Positions 24,798 through 37,702 of a DNA stretch of 64,000 nucleotides are shown piece by piece; position 1 is the first letter of the stretch; the number at the start of each line of letters is the position of its first letter. Location of the stretch: positions 10,603,267 to 10,667,266 of the forward strand of contig NC_081382.1 in assembly GCF_030684315.1 (NCBI RefSeq). The letters are read 5' to 3'. This DNA comes from Stegostoma tigrinum (Eukaryota). The notes under the pieces were generated by a model. That model did no database searches. It saw nothing but the letters and a program-made list of their open reading frames with translations, and was not told the origin of the DNA. The translations under genes were made by a program, and so were the position numbers.

Positions 24798-27044
24798 CAC
24801 AGGTAAGAAAGAAACTGTGAGCATTGAGAATGATACCGTTTGGTCCTGGAGATGGCGGGCCAGAAGCATGGAGGAAACAAAATAAGCCAAGACAGTAATG
24901 TACTAAAAACCCTCCACTTTCTTATCTCCACCACAATTAAGCATTAGTAGGAAGACCCAGTGTCAAACTTCTCACTTGCCTACTAATTGGCCCCTGGGTG
25001 CCCAATTAATCTGGGCTGGATAGGGGTGAGGGTAAGTTTGGAGCAAAGGAGGGATGAGAGGACCAGGGCAGGATTCTCAGTGCTTCATCAAGGGCAAGTT
25101 ATGAGTCACAGGTTCAACAAAGGTCCTTGCTTTTGACCCCTCTGTCATCTCTCTCCCCACAAGGCCACATCCACTTCACAACACCATACAACTCTTTCAT
25201 GGACTCCTCAAGACACCAACCTTTGTGTTGCGGACAGTTCTATGAGACCATTAGGCAAAGCCTCCACCATGACATTGCCAAACAACAACGTTGCCACCTT
25301 CTGATGCCAGAACATCCTCAAACAAGCTCCTAACCTTGGAGGGAAGATCACTGTTAACCATTTAGAAACCTGAACATCCAGCAGGCTTTCACATCCTGAT
25401 AGGCCAAGGGCTTCTTGTCACAATTCCCTTCAGATTTTGAACTTAGCCCATAAAAAAGATGATACTGCCTTGAATATACATTACCTCCAAAACTCGCCTT
25501 TCACTCTTTACATCTTCACCACAGCAGCAAGTTCGGAAAAACTTTCCATGTCATGTTAAGTAGAAATCTCATTGAAAGAGCCTTGTCTAAAAATTACAAG
25601 CAATAAACCATCTCTTATACAATGAAACATGCCAGATTTAACTCGGAAATCGACATGTTGCATTTGGCCAACATTCACATGAGCCCTCATCCACTCCTGT
25701 TATTGTTGAGGTTCCCCCTTAATGTGTTAGAAATATACTGTAAATGATGTTGGCACTTAGTCACAAGTGTATTTGAATCAAACAGACATAACAAGCCTCA
25801 GCACTGATTTGATCCGAAGGCTTTCCAGAATCAGTTTTAACTTAACCAAATGCCACAGTTTTCCACTGTATTTTTATTCATTCTGATTCCCTCTGAATTG
25901 ACTTCATCTGCCCTGCTTACATTTCCTTTCATTTAAATTGGCTGCAGTCAACTCACATCCATCTCGATTCCAGCAGAGTCTCAATCATCTTCATTTCCTG
26001 AGCAAAACTGACTGATAAAATGGGTTTGACAATGAATTGCTGTTGGCTACAGCTTCTTAATGAAACTGCTGTTTACTGATATGGACAACTTCACTCATTA
26101 ATCTATTCACTCATTCGTTCATCGTTTAGATGGGGGAGAAGGAAAAATAGCACAACCATTCCAATGACAGGATGAAACCTGCCCGCAGCTGCTTCTCCTC
26201 ATTCCATTTGCTATCTATTCTCTAACAACAGCTCCATTTATGCTGCAGATAAAGTACAAACAAGGCTCCGTTCACTTGCCATTATTTATTGTCATTGGAA
26301 ACATCTATTTCCCAAAAATAAATGAGTCTACTAATTACTTAAGGTTTCGATAAATACCAAAAAGCCTCAAACACATTGAGCTAAAGTAACAGTACATTAC
26401 TCATTGAGGAAGAGAGAGAGAGAATTGTTCATACATTGGGATTATCTTCAGCTAAGAACTGGATGGTTTTATGTACGGGGCTGGTACCATTATAAAACAG
26501 AAATTCAGTTCTAAATGAATGCTTTTATGGAGGTTTAAAGGCTATTATTCTGCTGTATCTCATGTCAGTAGCTCATTTGTTGCTTATGTCAACTGTTTTT
26601 GCTCAAAAATAAAATCAATACCGCATTTTGTTCAAATTATGATTGTACAAAAATACATTGTCTAAGTTCCCTAATGGAAACATTGGGAAAGTTCAATCCA
26701 ACTAATTATCAACAAAGAGAAAATTGGTTTTAGTTTAATGCTCCATTAAAAGTCAATATAAAAGCTATTTAGCTGAATGACCTGGGTCAGCAGGAAGCAT
26801 GGGGGGTATATCAGAGGGTGCCTGCATTGAACTGCAATAAGACAATGAAATGTACACTGTTATGCAGTACACTCAGAAAACTGCCAAATTAGTTTGCAAA
26901 TCTTCTGATATCAACTTATGGCAATCCCCTTATGCAGAATTTCAGGAACTGTGAATTGGGTTTGAGGGTAAGTGGTCATTGTCGGCAGGTAGTCTCTCCG
27001 TCCGGGTGACCATTTTATACAGCAGATTTCTGTCAACAAGACAA

Positions 27045-27175
27045 AAGCCAAAAGAACTGTGGATGCCATAACTCAGTAACAAAAACAGAAATTTCTGGAA
27101 AAGCTCAGCAGGTCTGGCAGCATTTGTGAAGAGAAATCAGCATGCATATTTCAGGCCCAGTGATCCTTCCTCAGA
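27045..27175 (-). mobile_element. Penelope-like pLTR family 2 with hammerhead-like motif
   Basis: Minus strand ctgagga-a-ggatcactgggcct-gaaa. Confidence 0.7.
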
Positions 27176-27704
27176 TCCTTCTCAGGATGTCACAGTGAAG
27201 TCTTAAAAAATAAAAGGTCAATGTAAAATATAAAAACAATTTATCTGCTGATACTTTTTATTCATTACTCAGTATTTTACATTTATGACACATAAAATCC
27301 TCTGTCACTATATGCATGACTAAGTGAGATTTATTCACCTTACAGAAGTGATTTTAGCCTATTTCCACTTGCTATAACTTGTCACGATAAATTTTGGGTA
27401 TTGAAACCTCCCATTCTAACCTCATCAATTATAAGTCTGTGGAATAAGCCAGATGAGGCTAAAACAAAGAGCAAGTTTACAATTTTTTGTTAAAGCTTCC
27501 AAGCCCTTCAGCTCGAAAGAGTTGTGATGCAGAACCAACCAACTCCCCAGGTCAGGGTACAATGTTGCCACCAATCCTCCTTTCTACTTGAGAACAAAGC
27601 CCATAATCAAGTTAATTGCAAGTTAAGTGAATGCAAACTTGTTGATTGATAGGGCAACTGATCTTCTTTTCCTGACTAGGTTGATTAAATTTTTGTTTGA
27701 AAGC

Positions 27705-27910
27705 AAAGTCACCCTGGTCTGATTGGGTCACAGGGCTGCTGTCTCAATAGAGAGAGATGCCTGGTGATTGTTTAATCTGTGGGTCACCTGTCTCAGGCAA
27801 TGGAGAGATTGGAGAGGAGAGACATTTGTGGTAACTTCAGTTAGTAAGGGAACTGAACTCCTCTTGTTGGCATCACTCTGCATCACAAACCAACTGACTT
27901 AACCAACCAG
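27705..27910 (-). mobile_element. tRNA-derived SINE (family C)
   Basis: Homologous to 32005-32200 and 49905-50090. Confidence 0.65.
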
Positions 27911-28221
27911 TTGATAGTGGTAGAGGATGAACCCCACTGAGTCTTAGCAAGAAGACGTGGTTGCTTTAACGCTATATAATTTATTGCATGTTAGCAATCA
28001 GTATAATTTACACAGTCCTTAGCTTTTATGTCAGACTAACCAATTAGGAGTTACCAAGGACCCATTGGGGTAGTTGCAGGAATCTTTTCCTCCAAACAAG
28101 ATGGTTTAACATCAGATTTGATAAATATAATGTATTCTGCACCCTTATCTCTCAGAACCATTACCTTGACCAACAGGTGCCTTTGTTGAAGATAACTACC
28201 ATCATCCTAATGAAGTAGATC

Positions 28222-28398
28222 TCCCCCTGCTTCCCTATTTATTTCAGAATCCCCTTCCCCTCCCCCATTTCTGAAGAAGGGTCTCGACCCCAAACATCAA
28301 ACTTTCCTGCTCCTCTGATGCTGCTTGGCCTGCAGTGTTCATCCAGCTTCACATCGTGTTATCTCAGATTCTCCAGCATCGGCAGTTCCTACTATCTC
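28222..28398 (+). mobile_element. Penelope pLTR fragment with tail and mutated hammerhead (28271-28298)
   Basis: ctgaagaagggtctcgaccccaaacatc...cctactatctc. Confidence 0.85.
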
Positions 28399-29112
28399 AA
28401 TAACCAAAGAGATTTGCCTCTGCTGATTATCCCTCAATGACTGATCATTCCCCAACTTGTTGCCAACATGTTTGCTGCAGATATGATAATTAAATAGCAA
28501 TATCTAAGGCAAGGTAACATTCCTGGGAATTGAGGATGGATAGATTATTAGAAAGGTGGACTGGAGGTGGGATTTATAAATCAAGTAGCCTATGTTCCTG
28601 CTAGCTGCAGACAAAACAAATGTTGTTCCTCGCTGTCAGCGCTTAAAAACAAGGCTATTTAATCTGATTAGTGACATTTAAAATATTGCCTGTTCCCACT
28701 CAGGATGTGTGATGTGCAATCAACTTGAACAGGACATTTACAATTCAGCATTCTTATCAGAAGTCAAAACAAATTTTCACAATTGTGTTATAAAGAATAT
28801 GGTATAGAGAATTGATGGTACAAATGAAAAGGAGATATATTATTTCAGTCAATCAATCTTTTTATAAGCTGTAATTAAATGCCAACTATAACTGTCCATT
28901 AGGAGCTGATTGATGAACATTTAAAAATCAATTACAAACAAATGAACAAGGCGTGGGTATAGGCCATTCAGCCCCACAAGTGCACTCTGCCATTTCAGAA
29001 GAACATGGGTCAATGATCACAATTTCAAACACACATTCCTGTTAACCTCTCCCTATCATTAATGATTAAGAATCTATCAACTTCTGCCTTTAACATGAAT
29101 GATGCAGCTCAC

Positions 29113-29472
29113 AGTAGCCTAGTGTGGCACAGAGGTTAGCACTGCTACCTCACAGCACCAGGGAGCCAGGTTTGATTCCACCCTCAGGTCACTGTCCGTA
29201 TGGAGTTTGTACATTCTCCCTTTGTCAGTGCAGGTTTCCTCCCGGTGCTTTAGGTTTCTTTTACCCCACAGTCCAAAGGTGTGTAGTTTCGGTGGATTGG
29301 TGATGCTAAATTGTCCATCCTGCCCAGGTATGTGCAGGCTGGTTGGATTAGCCATGGGAAATGCAGGTTTACAGGGATAGGGTTAAGGGTGTAGGTCTGG
29401 ATGAGATGCCTTTCAGAGGTCGGTGTGGATTTGATGGGCCAAATGGCCTGCTTCTACACTGTGAGGATTCTC
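29113..29472 (+). mobile_element. HE1-type V-SINE
   Basis: ggttagcactgctacctcacagcaccaggg head, V domain, tail. Confidence 0.88.
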
Positions 29473-29751
29473 AGGTGTAAATGTCGAGGCTCAGGGGCAA
29501 GGAGGTAGGTTAGAGGCAAATTTCAATGTTCTCCACATGGGGGAGATGGGTGGAAAGGGGTTGTCTGAGTAATGAGGGTAAGACAGGGTTAGTAGACTCT
29601 GGATGGTACCTGGTGACCGGATAAACCCAATGTGGATATTTAGATCCTGCCATTATTTGCTGTTCATTAAGCAAGAGCTGGAACAGGAAAATGGGAAAGT
29701 GTCAAGGGTGGGCACAGTCAGTGTCAATTTGATATGAGAAAGCACAAGATC

Positions 29752-31709
29752 TTGTTCCCCAACCTCACACCGCCTGCTTCTATCTCCTTCCCAAAATCCA
29801 CAAACCTGTCTGCCCTAGTCAACCCATTGTCTCCACTTGCTCCTGCCCCACCATCCTTATCCCCACCTTTCTGGACTCCATTTTCTCTCCCTTGTTCCAG
29901 GAACTCCCTACCAACGTCTGTGACACCACCCACGCCCTCCACCTCCTCCAGAACTTCCAATTCCCCAGTCCCCAACACCTCATTTTTACTGTAGACATCC
30001 AGTCCCTATACGCCTGTATTCCCCATGCCGATGGCCGTTAAGGCCTTACACTTCTTCCTGTTCTGCAGTCCTGACCAGTCCCCATCCACTGAAACCCTCA
30101 TTTGCCTAGCCGAACTCGTCCTCACCCTCAACAACTTCTCTTTTGATTCCTCCCACTTCCTACACAAAACGTGGGTGGCCATGGGTACATGCATGGGCCC
30201 AAGCTATGCCTGCCTCTTTGTAGGTTACATGGAACAATCACTCTTCTGTACCTACACTGGCCCCAAACCCCACCTCTTCCTCCGTCACATTGATGACTGT
30301 ATCGGTGCCGCCTTATGCTCCCACGAGGAGCTCGAACAGTTCATCAACTTCACCAACACCTTCAATCCCAACCTCACGTTTACCTGAACTATCTGTAACG
30401 CCTCCCTCACCTTCCTGGACCTGTCTGTCTCAATCTCAGACAACCACCTAGAAACTGATATCCATATCAAGCACATCGACTCCCACAGCTACCTAGAATA
30501 CACCTCCTCCCACCAACCTTCCTGCAAAAATGCCATCCCCTATTGCCAATTCCTTCGCCTCCGCTGCATCTGCTCCCAGGATGAGGCATTCCACTACTGA
30601 ACACCTCAGATGTCCTCATTTTTGAAGGACTGCAACATCCCCCCCTCGCAGTGGTTGAGAACGCCCTCGACCGTGTCTCCTGCATTACCTACAACTCATC
30701 CCTCACACCCCGCCCCACAATAACAACCAAAGAGAATCCCCCTCATTCTCACGTACCACCCTACCAACCTCTGGACCCAACGCATCATCCTCCAACATTT
30801 CCGCCATCAGAATTCAACCCCACCAAAGACATTTTTCCATCCCCACCCTTGTCTGCTTTCTGGACGGACCACTCTCTCCGTGACTCCCTTGTCTGCTCTG
30901 CAGGAAGTGCTACACATGCCCCTACACCTCCTCCCTCACCCCCATCCCAGGTCCCAAGAAGACTTTCCACATCAAGAAGATGTTCACCTGCACATCTGCT
31001 CACGTAGCGTACTGCATCCGCTGTACCTGTTGTGGCTTCCTCTACATTGGGGAAACCAAGTGAAGGCTTGGGGAACGCTTTGCAGAACATTTACACTCGG
31101 TTTGCAATAAACAACTGCACCTCCCAGTCGCGAACCATTTCAACTCCCCCTCCTATTCCTCAGATGACATGTCCATCCTGGGCCTCCTGCAGTGCCACAA
31201 TGATGCCACCAGAAGGTTGCAGTAACAGCAACTCATATTCTGTTGGGAATCCGCAACCGAATGGTATCAATGTGGATTTCACAAGCTTCAAAATCTCCCC
31301 CTCCCCCACTGCATCCCAAAACCAGCCCAGCCTGTCCCCGCCTCCCTAATCTGGTCTTCCTCTCACCTATCCCCTCCTCCAACCTCAAGCCGCACCCTCA
31401 TTTCCTACCTACTAACCTCATCCCGCGCCCTTGACCTGCCCGTCCTCCCCGGACTGAACTATCCCCTCCCTACGTCCCCACCTTCACTCACCGTTACTGT
31501 CTCCATCCCCGCCTCTTTAACTTGTCTGTCTCCTCTCCACCTACCTTCTCCTCTACCCATCTTCGGTCCGCCTCCCCCTCTCTATTTATTTCAGAACCCT
31601 CCTCCCTCCCCCATTTCTGATGAAGGGTCTAGGCCTGAAACATCAGCTTTGTACTCCTAAGATGCTGCTTGGCCTGCTGTGTTCCTCCAGCTCCACACTT
31701 TGCTATTAC
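29752..31709 (+). mobile_element. Penelope-like retroelement, 5'-truncated and pseudogenised (RT + GIY-YIG + pLTR with hammerhead)
   Basis: RT motifs VAMGTCMGPSYACLF and LRHIDD (ORF 30025-30387); VAYCIRCTCCGFLYIGETK (~31004-31060); ctgatgaagggtctaggcctgaaacatc at 31617-31644; TSD cacaagatc at 29743-29751 and 31710-31718. Confidence 0.93.
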
Positions 31710-31729
31710 CACAAGATCCATGTTGGTTG

Positions 31730-31886
31730 GGGGGCAATTTAGCACTGCCAATCCACCTAACCTGCACATCTTTGGACTGTAGGAGGAAACCAGAACATCT
31801 GGAGAAAACCCATGCAGATACAAGGAGAATGTACAAATTCCGAGGGTGGAACTAAACCCGGGTCCCTGGTGCTGTGAGGCAACAGT
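31730..31886 (-). mobile_element. HE1-type SINE, partial
   Basis: ccaatccacctaacctgcacatctttggactgt. Confidence 0.8.
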
Positions 31887-32004
31887 GGACTGTGGCAGAG
31901 TTATGTAGAAAGGTTAATGGACATTTGAAGAAAGAATTACATGTGGCAAAGACTTGTTTTAAAAATTAGACACTGGTATAGCACAGATCTGAAGGTCAAT
32001 TAGT

Positions 32005-32200
32005 TCAGCTGATTAGCTAGTTAGTTTCAAACACTGAGTAATACCACCAATGGGGTTCAGTTGCAACACAATGCTCTGCTTCTCAAGCTCTCCGTCTCCT
32101 GAAATGTGGCCATTCTCAAGATAAATCATGACTAGTCATCTCTGTCTCTCTAGTGAGAGAATAACCCTCAGGCCTGGTAGATTATGATGACCTAAACTTT
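32005..32200 (+). mobile_element. tRNA-derived SINE (family C), degraded
   Basis: Similarity to 49905-50090. Confidence 0.55.
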
Positions 32201-33174
32201 AGCTCAGATTCCCATGCAGAGTGTGTAATATTAATATGCAATAAAGATTTCTTTTGAAGCTTAAATCTGAAAATATTTCTTGACCTTGCCTTTTCTTTAA
32301 CCACACTGTCTTGAACTCAAAACCTTGCTCGTGAGCTTACAACTGCACAATGAAACGGGCTGCACTTCTGTTGTTTTTTCGGTCATTGTTATAACCTCCG
32401 CCCCTCAGCAGCATCTTGAGGTTACCACAAAAATAAATTTGCTCAGTACATCAGCACTCACTGGTGTGAATTTCAAACATGACTGTTTTAAAGAAATACA
32501 GTCTCAAATTTACCCTTCCCCAACACCAATTCCACAATCCCGCCAATATTAGCATATTAATTTACAAGTTTACATTTGTTTCGTGAATATGAACTATTTA
32601 GTGCAGAGCATACACAAGTATAGGTGGCTAGGGTCCTGTTGTAGAATACCAAACCTGGAGCAGCTTCCACAAAAATTTCATTGCAAAAATTCTAGACACG
32701 TCTTTCAAGCTTAGCAAAGAAACCCAGAGGCTATACAAGGAGAGAAATAAATATGTACTGAGTGAGTCAGCCAGGCTTAGGAGGTCTCACAGATAGTCTA
32801 CAATCTGTTCCAAGTTAACTGATCTCATCTGGTATGCATATGAACACATCTCAGTCGGACTATGGAAAGGAAACATCTACCAAAGTTCAGAGTTCTCATC
32901 AATCTCCAGTAATTCCTGTTGACAATGTGTTGGAGAGCAATGAGAACTTTGAAGATGATGCACTCATTGGATGATCTCTCAACCCAATCCCTTTGTTGGC
33001 CTGCTAATTGACACTATCTTTGATTAAAGAGTTGTATAAGTCACTGAGTGGATTGCCAAGGGCCCATGAGACTGGGGAAGAAACATTTTCTGGATACTTG
33101 GTCCAATGCTGCATTTTGTGACAAAAGGATATCTCAAAACACTTTCCAGCCACCATAGCATTTTTGCTAAACAT

Positions 33175-33306
33175 AAACAAAAGAACTGTGGATGCTGGAA
33201 ATCAGAAACAAAAGCAGATATTGCTAGAAGGGCTTAGCAGGTCTGGCAGCATTTGTGGACAGAAATCAGAGTTAATGTTTTAGATTCAATGACCCATTCT
33301 CAGAAC
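33175..33306 (-). mobile_element. Penelope-like pLTR family 2
   Basis: aaagaactgtggatgctgg...cagcaggtctggcagcatttgtg as at 27050. Confidence 0.7.
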
Positions 33307-33514
33307 AGAATAATTCTTATTGTTGAAAAGATGACAACCAATTTCACTCAACAAACTTCCTCAAACAATGCGATAATGAACAGAAAATCTAACTGAGGGA
33401 TAAATAGAGGCTGAAATACCAGGTAAAGCTTACTGTTTGATTGAAATACTCTCAAGGATCTTGGACATCTATCCAAACAGGCTGATGGAGAATTGATTTC
33501 ATATTTAAAATCAT

Positions 33515-34035
33515 AGTAATAGAGTTGTTCAACATGTAAACAGACCCTATGGCACAACTTGACATACCAATCAGGTTTCTTAAACTGAACTAGTCTAATT
33601 TGCCAGCTTTTGGCCCATATCCCTCTAAAGTATTTGTATCCATGTACCAGTCGAAATATCTTTCAAATGCTGTAAAATACCCAGCTCTACCACTTCCTCT
33701 GGTGGCTCATTTATATGCACACTACCTCTGTGTGAAAAATTTACCCAACACGTCCATTTTAAATCTTTCCCCACTCACCTTAAACCTTGCCCACTAGTTT
33801 TGGAGTCCCCAACACTGGGGAGAAGACTTTTGCTATTCACCCAATCCATGCCCCTCATGATCATATAAACCTCTATAAGGTTACCTCTCAGCCTCCACCG
33901 TTCTAGGGAAAAATGTTCTAGCTGCTCATTCAAACTCAAACCCTCCAGTCTTTGAAACATTCTTGTAAGTCTTTTTTGTGCCTTTTCCAATTTAACAACA
34001 TCCTTCCTGTTGCAGGGCGACCAGAACTACATGGA
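33515..34035 (-). mobile_element. CR1/HER1-type LINE 3' fragment
   Basis: ORF 33775-33990 FSLERWRLRGNLIEVY. Confidence 0.85.
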
Positions 34036-34040
34036 GTTTT

Positions 34041-34352
34041 GGAGCTGCACGGTAGCTCAGTGGTTAATACTGCAGCCTCACAGCACCAGGGACCCGGGTT
34101 TGATCCCAACCTCGGGCGACTGTCTGTGTGGAGTTTGCACATTCTCCCTGTGTCTGCGTGGGTTTCCTCTGGGTGCTCTGGTTTCTTCCCACAGTCCAAA
34201 GATGTGCAGGTTAGGTGGATTGGCCATGCTAAATTGCCCATAGTGTTCAGGGGTGTGTGGGTTATAGGGGGAATGAGTCTGGGTGGGATGCTGCAAGGGG
34301 CGGTCTGGACTTGTTGGGCCAAAGGGCCTGTTCCCACGCTGTAGGGAATCTA
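34041..34352 (+). mobile_element. HE1-type V-SINE, full length, well preserved
   Basis: A-box tagctcagtgg, B-box ggtttgatccc, V domain, tail gggcctgttcccacgctgtagggaatcta. Confidence 0.92.
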
Positions 34353-34906
34353 AAACAAAAACATGGCCTTATCTGAAGGACAGCATCTCCAACAGTTCAC
34401 GCACATATAATGCTGTGCTGGAATGTCAACCTTAGTTTACATGTTTCATCACTGATTCTTATCCCTAAAAATGGAAAGCCTCAGATATCCCAATTTGCAT
34501 CCCAAGGCTCTTGAGAGTACTTGGGGACGAGTGACAGGGGTGGGGTGATTGAAGATAAATGAAAATTGTTAAAAATCTGTTCAAAATTTCTGACAAGGTA
34601 GTTCTAGGAGTGGATAAAAACACCTGCACTTGGCAATAAAAATCTTCAGTAGCAGCAAATAAACCTGCTATATTGCAAGTTAATACAATGAGAGGACCCT
34701 GCTGTCAAGAAATGAACTCATTAATTTGGCCTAGGACTTGCCTGATAGGTACAGGTATTACTTATGCCATCATTCTCCTTCTTTTCAATTTGTTTTTAAT
34801 GAAGACGTTAGTTTGCTCTGGTCGTGAAATGCGCTGAGGATTAGGCACTATGTTATGTGTTAAAGATTTCAAGTGAAGGCTTGGAACATGATGGCACATG
34901 GAATAG

Positions 34907-35432
34907 ATCACAGAATCCCAACAATGTGGAAACTGGCTTTATAGCCCAACAAGTCCACAATGACACTCAGAGCCTCCCAGCCTGACCCACCACCCAACAA
35001 CCCACCTAATCTACACATCCCTGAACACTACGGTCAATTTAGCATGCCCAGCCCACCTAACCTGCACAGCATTGGACTGTGGGAGGAAACCAGAGCACCC
35101 AGAGGAAACCCACGCAGGCCCAGGAACAATGCGCAAACTCCACACTGTCGCCTGAGGGTGGAATCAAACCCAGATCCCTGACACTGTAAAGCAAAAGTGC
35201 TAACCACTGTGCCAAATATAGAATCACAGAATCCCTACTGTTTGGCACATCAGGTCCATACTGACCTTCTGAAGAGCATCCCAACCTTCTGAACAGCATC
35301 CCAACCAGACACATGCCCACTACCTTGGCCTGTAGCCCGGCATTTCCTTTGGCTAAGCCACACAGCCTGCATCCCTGGACTCTCTGGGCAAATTAGCACA
35401 GCTAATCCACCTAACCAGCACATCTTTCGACA
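34907..35432 (-). mobile_element. Two tandem HE1-type SINEs (34907-35213 full; 35219-35432 partial)
   Basis: Both reverse-complement 34041-34352; second has an internal duplication accttctgaa.agcatcccaacc. Confidence 0.85.
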
Positions 35433-37057
35433 TTAAGCGTCAAAACAGAAACATTAAAATAATTATATTGAAGTGGAAATAAATGCAGCTTTGGAGTACA
35501 TATTGTAAATTCAGAGCAGGACTTGACAGCATAGTAATTTCCTCAGAAAATAAGAGATATATATTTTACATACTACCAATGAATTACTAAATATATTGTT
35601 GAACATAAATTTTTGAAAGAATTTCCAATGACATTTAAAATATACTTGCTCAGGGTGATATTTTGCAGTATTAATGTACAATTTTCTTCCTTTACTCTAC
35701 ATGTATAACTGCTTCCTAGGAAATAGTTTCATAATCACATTTTGATACTTTACTGAAGGCCAGCATTAACATGTTGAGCAGAGGAGGTCAGCAAGTCAAA
35801 ATGATCATGCAGGGCAACACTTGACTCAGGTTCATACTTGCACATTCCAGCATTGCTCACTCATTGCAACCAGAAATGGGAATCCAAGCCTAAACCAGAC
35901 AAAATAAACTTATGGTGAATTCATGACAACCCTACCCCACAATTCTAACTAACTTGCCATGAATGCTTTGTTCAATGCCTTAGCTACTGAGTAATAATTT
36001 GTTCAAAAGGTGATAGAATACACCAATATCAATCTTTGTCTTAATGCTAGATTTATTTACAGAATGTAACTTTGTAAATGTCTATCTCTTTGTGAACTAA
36101 CAGCAAATGTCCCAGGAGTTGCACTCAATATTTTTTATCAAGTCCCGTTAGCACATATCAAGAGTGACTTAATTGATCAATATTTTGAACCTGTGTGTCC
36201 AGAATCTTAATAATGCAATTAAAATTTTGTGGTATGAGACAGGAACTTTCCAATTTGATTGGAGTAGGCTGTTCACAATAAAGGGGTGACTAGCGAGTGG
36301 GATACTTTGAAAAGTGAGATGACAAGAGCTCAGAGGCATTATGTTCCTGTTAAAAGTAAAGGGTAAGAGCAGTAAGCATAGGAAACAATGGATGAATAAA
36401 GATATTGAGGATATGTTCAAAAATAAGAGGGAATTCTATAAACAGTTGGGATCGAGTGAATTTCTTGAAGACTGCTTGGGGTGTCAGGGCATTCTTAAGA
36501 GGGAAATCAGGTGGACAAAAAAAATATGAGATCACCTTGACAGATAAGGCTAAGGATAATCCAAAGAGACTCTACAAGTAGATTAAGAGGAAAAAAGCCA
36601 CCAGAGAGAGAATAGGTCCCTTACAGATAAAACAAGGTTGTCCAGGTAAGGAAACACAGGAGACAGGAGAGACACTAAACAAGATGTTTTGTCAGATTTT
36701 ATTGTGGAGAAAGAAATGGAGACTAGGAGAAATAAATATTGATGTCTTGAAAACAGTCCACATTGCAGAAGAGGAAATGCTGGAGGTCTTCTAAAACGTT
36801 AAGGTGGATAAGTCTCTGGGACCTGAGCAAATGCATCCCAGATCTTTGTGGGAAGTTAAGGAAGAAATTGTGAGGTGCCTAGCAGAGATATTTGCATCAT
36901 CTACAGCCATGAGTGTGGTTCTGGAGGACAGCTAATGTTGCTCCCTTTATTTAAGAAAGGCTGCAGGGAGAAGCCCAGGAGCTATTGATCTGTGAGTTTG
37001 ATATCTTTAGTGGGTAAGTTGTTTGTGGGGATTCTGAGAGATAGGATCTATATTTTT

Positions 37058-37702
37058 AATTCATTCACAGGATGAGGGCATCATTGTCAGACAGCATTTA
37101 TTGCCCATCCCTAATTTGCCCAGAGGACAGTTAAGAGTCAGCCACAATGCTGTGGGCCTGGAATTACTTGTAGGCCAGACCAGGTAAGGATGGCAGTTTC
37201 CTTCCCTAAAGGATATTACTGAATCAGGCAATCAGCTATGGATTCAAGGTCATCATCACTATAGAATCCCTACAGTGTGGAAACAGGCCCTTTGGCCCAA
37301 CAAGTCCACACTGACTCAGAAAGCATCCCACCCAGACCCATCCCCCTATAACCAACCTAATCTACACACCCCTGAACACTATGGGCAATTTAGCACGGCC
37401 AGCCCACCTAAACTGCACATTTTTGGGATGTGGGAGGAAATCGGAGCACTCAGACGAAACACGGGGAGAATGTGCAAACTCCTCACAGACAGTCACCCAA
37501 AGGTGGAATCAAACCTAACAGCAGTGCTAACCACTGAGCCACCATGTCGTCCAATTCAATATATTAAATTCTTAATTCCAGCTATTTATTGAATTTAAAT
37601 TCAACCATTACCATGGCAGGATTTGAACGCAGGTCTCCAGAATGTTGTCTTGGTCTCTGGAATAACAGTCCAACGATAATACCACTAGACCATTGCTTCC
37701 CC
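37058..37702 (-). mobile_element. SINE family B, full length, nested in CR1 and itself interrupted by HE1
   Basis: Head ggggaagcaatggtctagtggtatt (minus); continuous across 37259-37552 when compared with 45183-45520. Confidence 0.85.
37259..37552 (-). mobile_element. HE1-type SINE nested in SINE B
   Basis: atagaatccctacagtgtggaaacaggccc tail to ccactgagccacc head. Confidence 0.9.

Noticed and set aside
34041-34115. tRNA gene
   Set aside because: A/B boxes belong to the tRNA-derived head of a SINE
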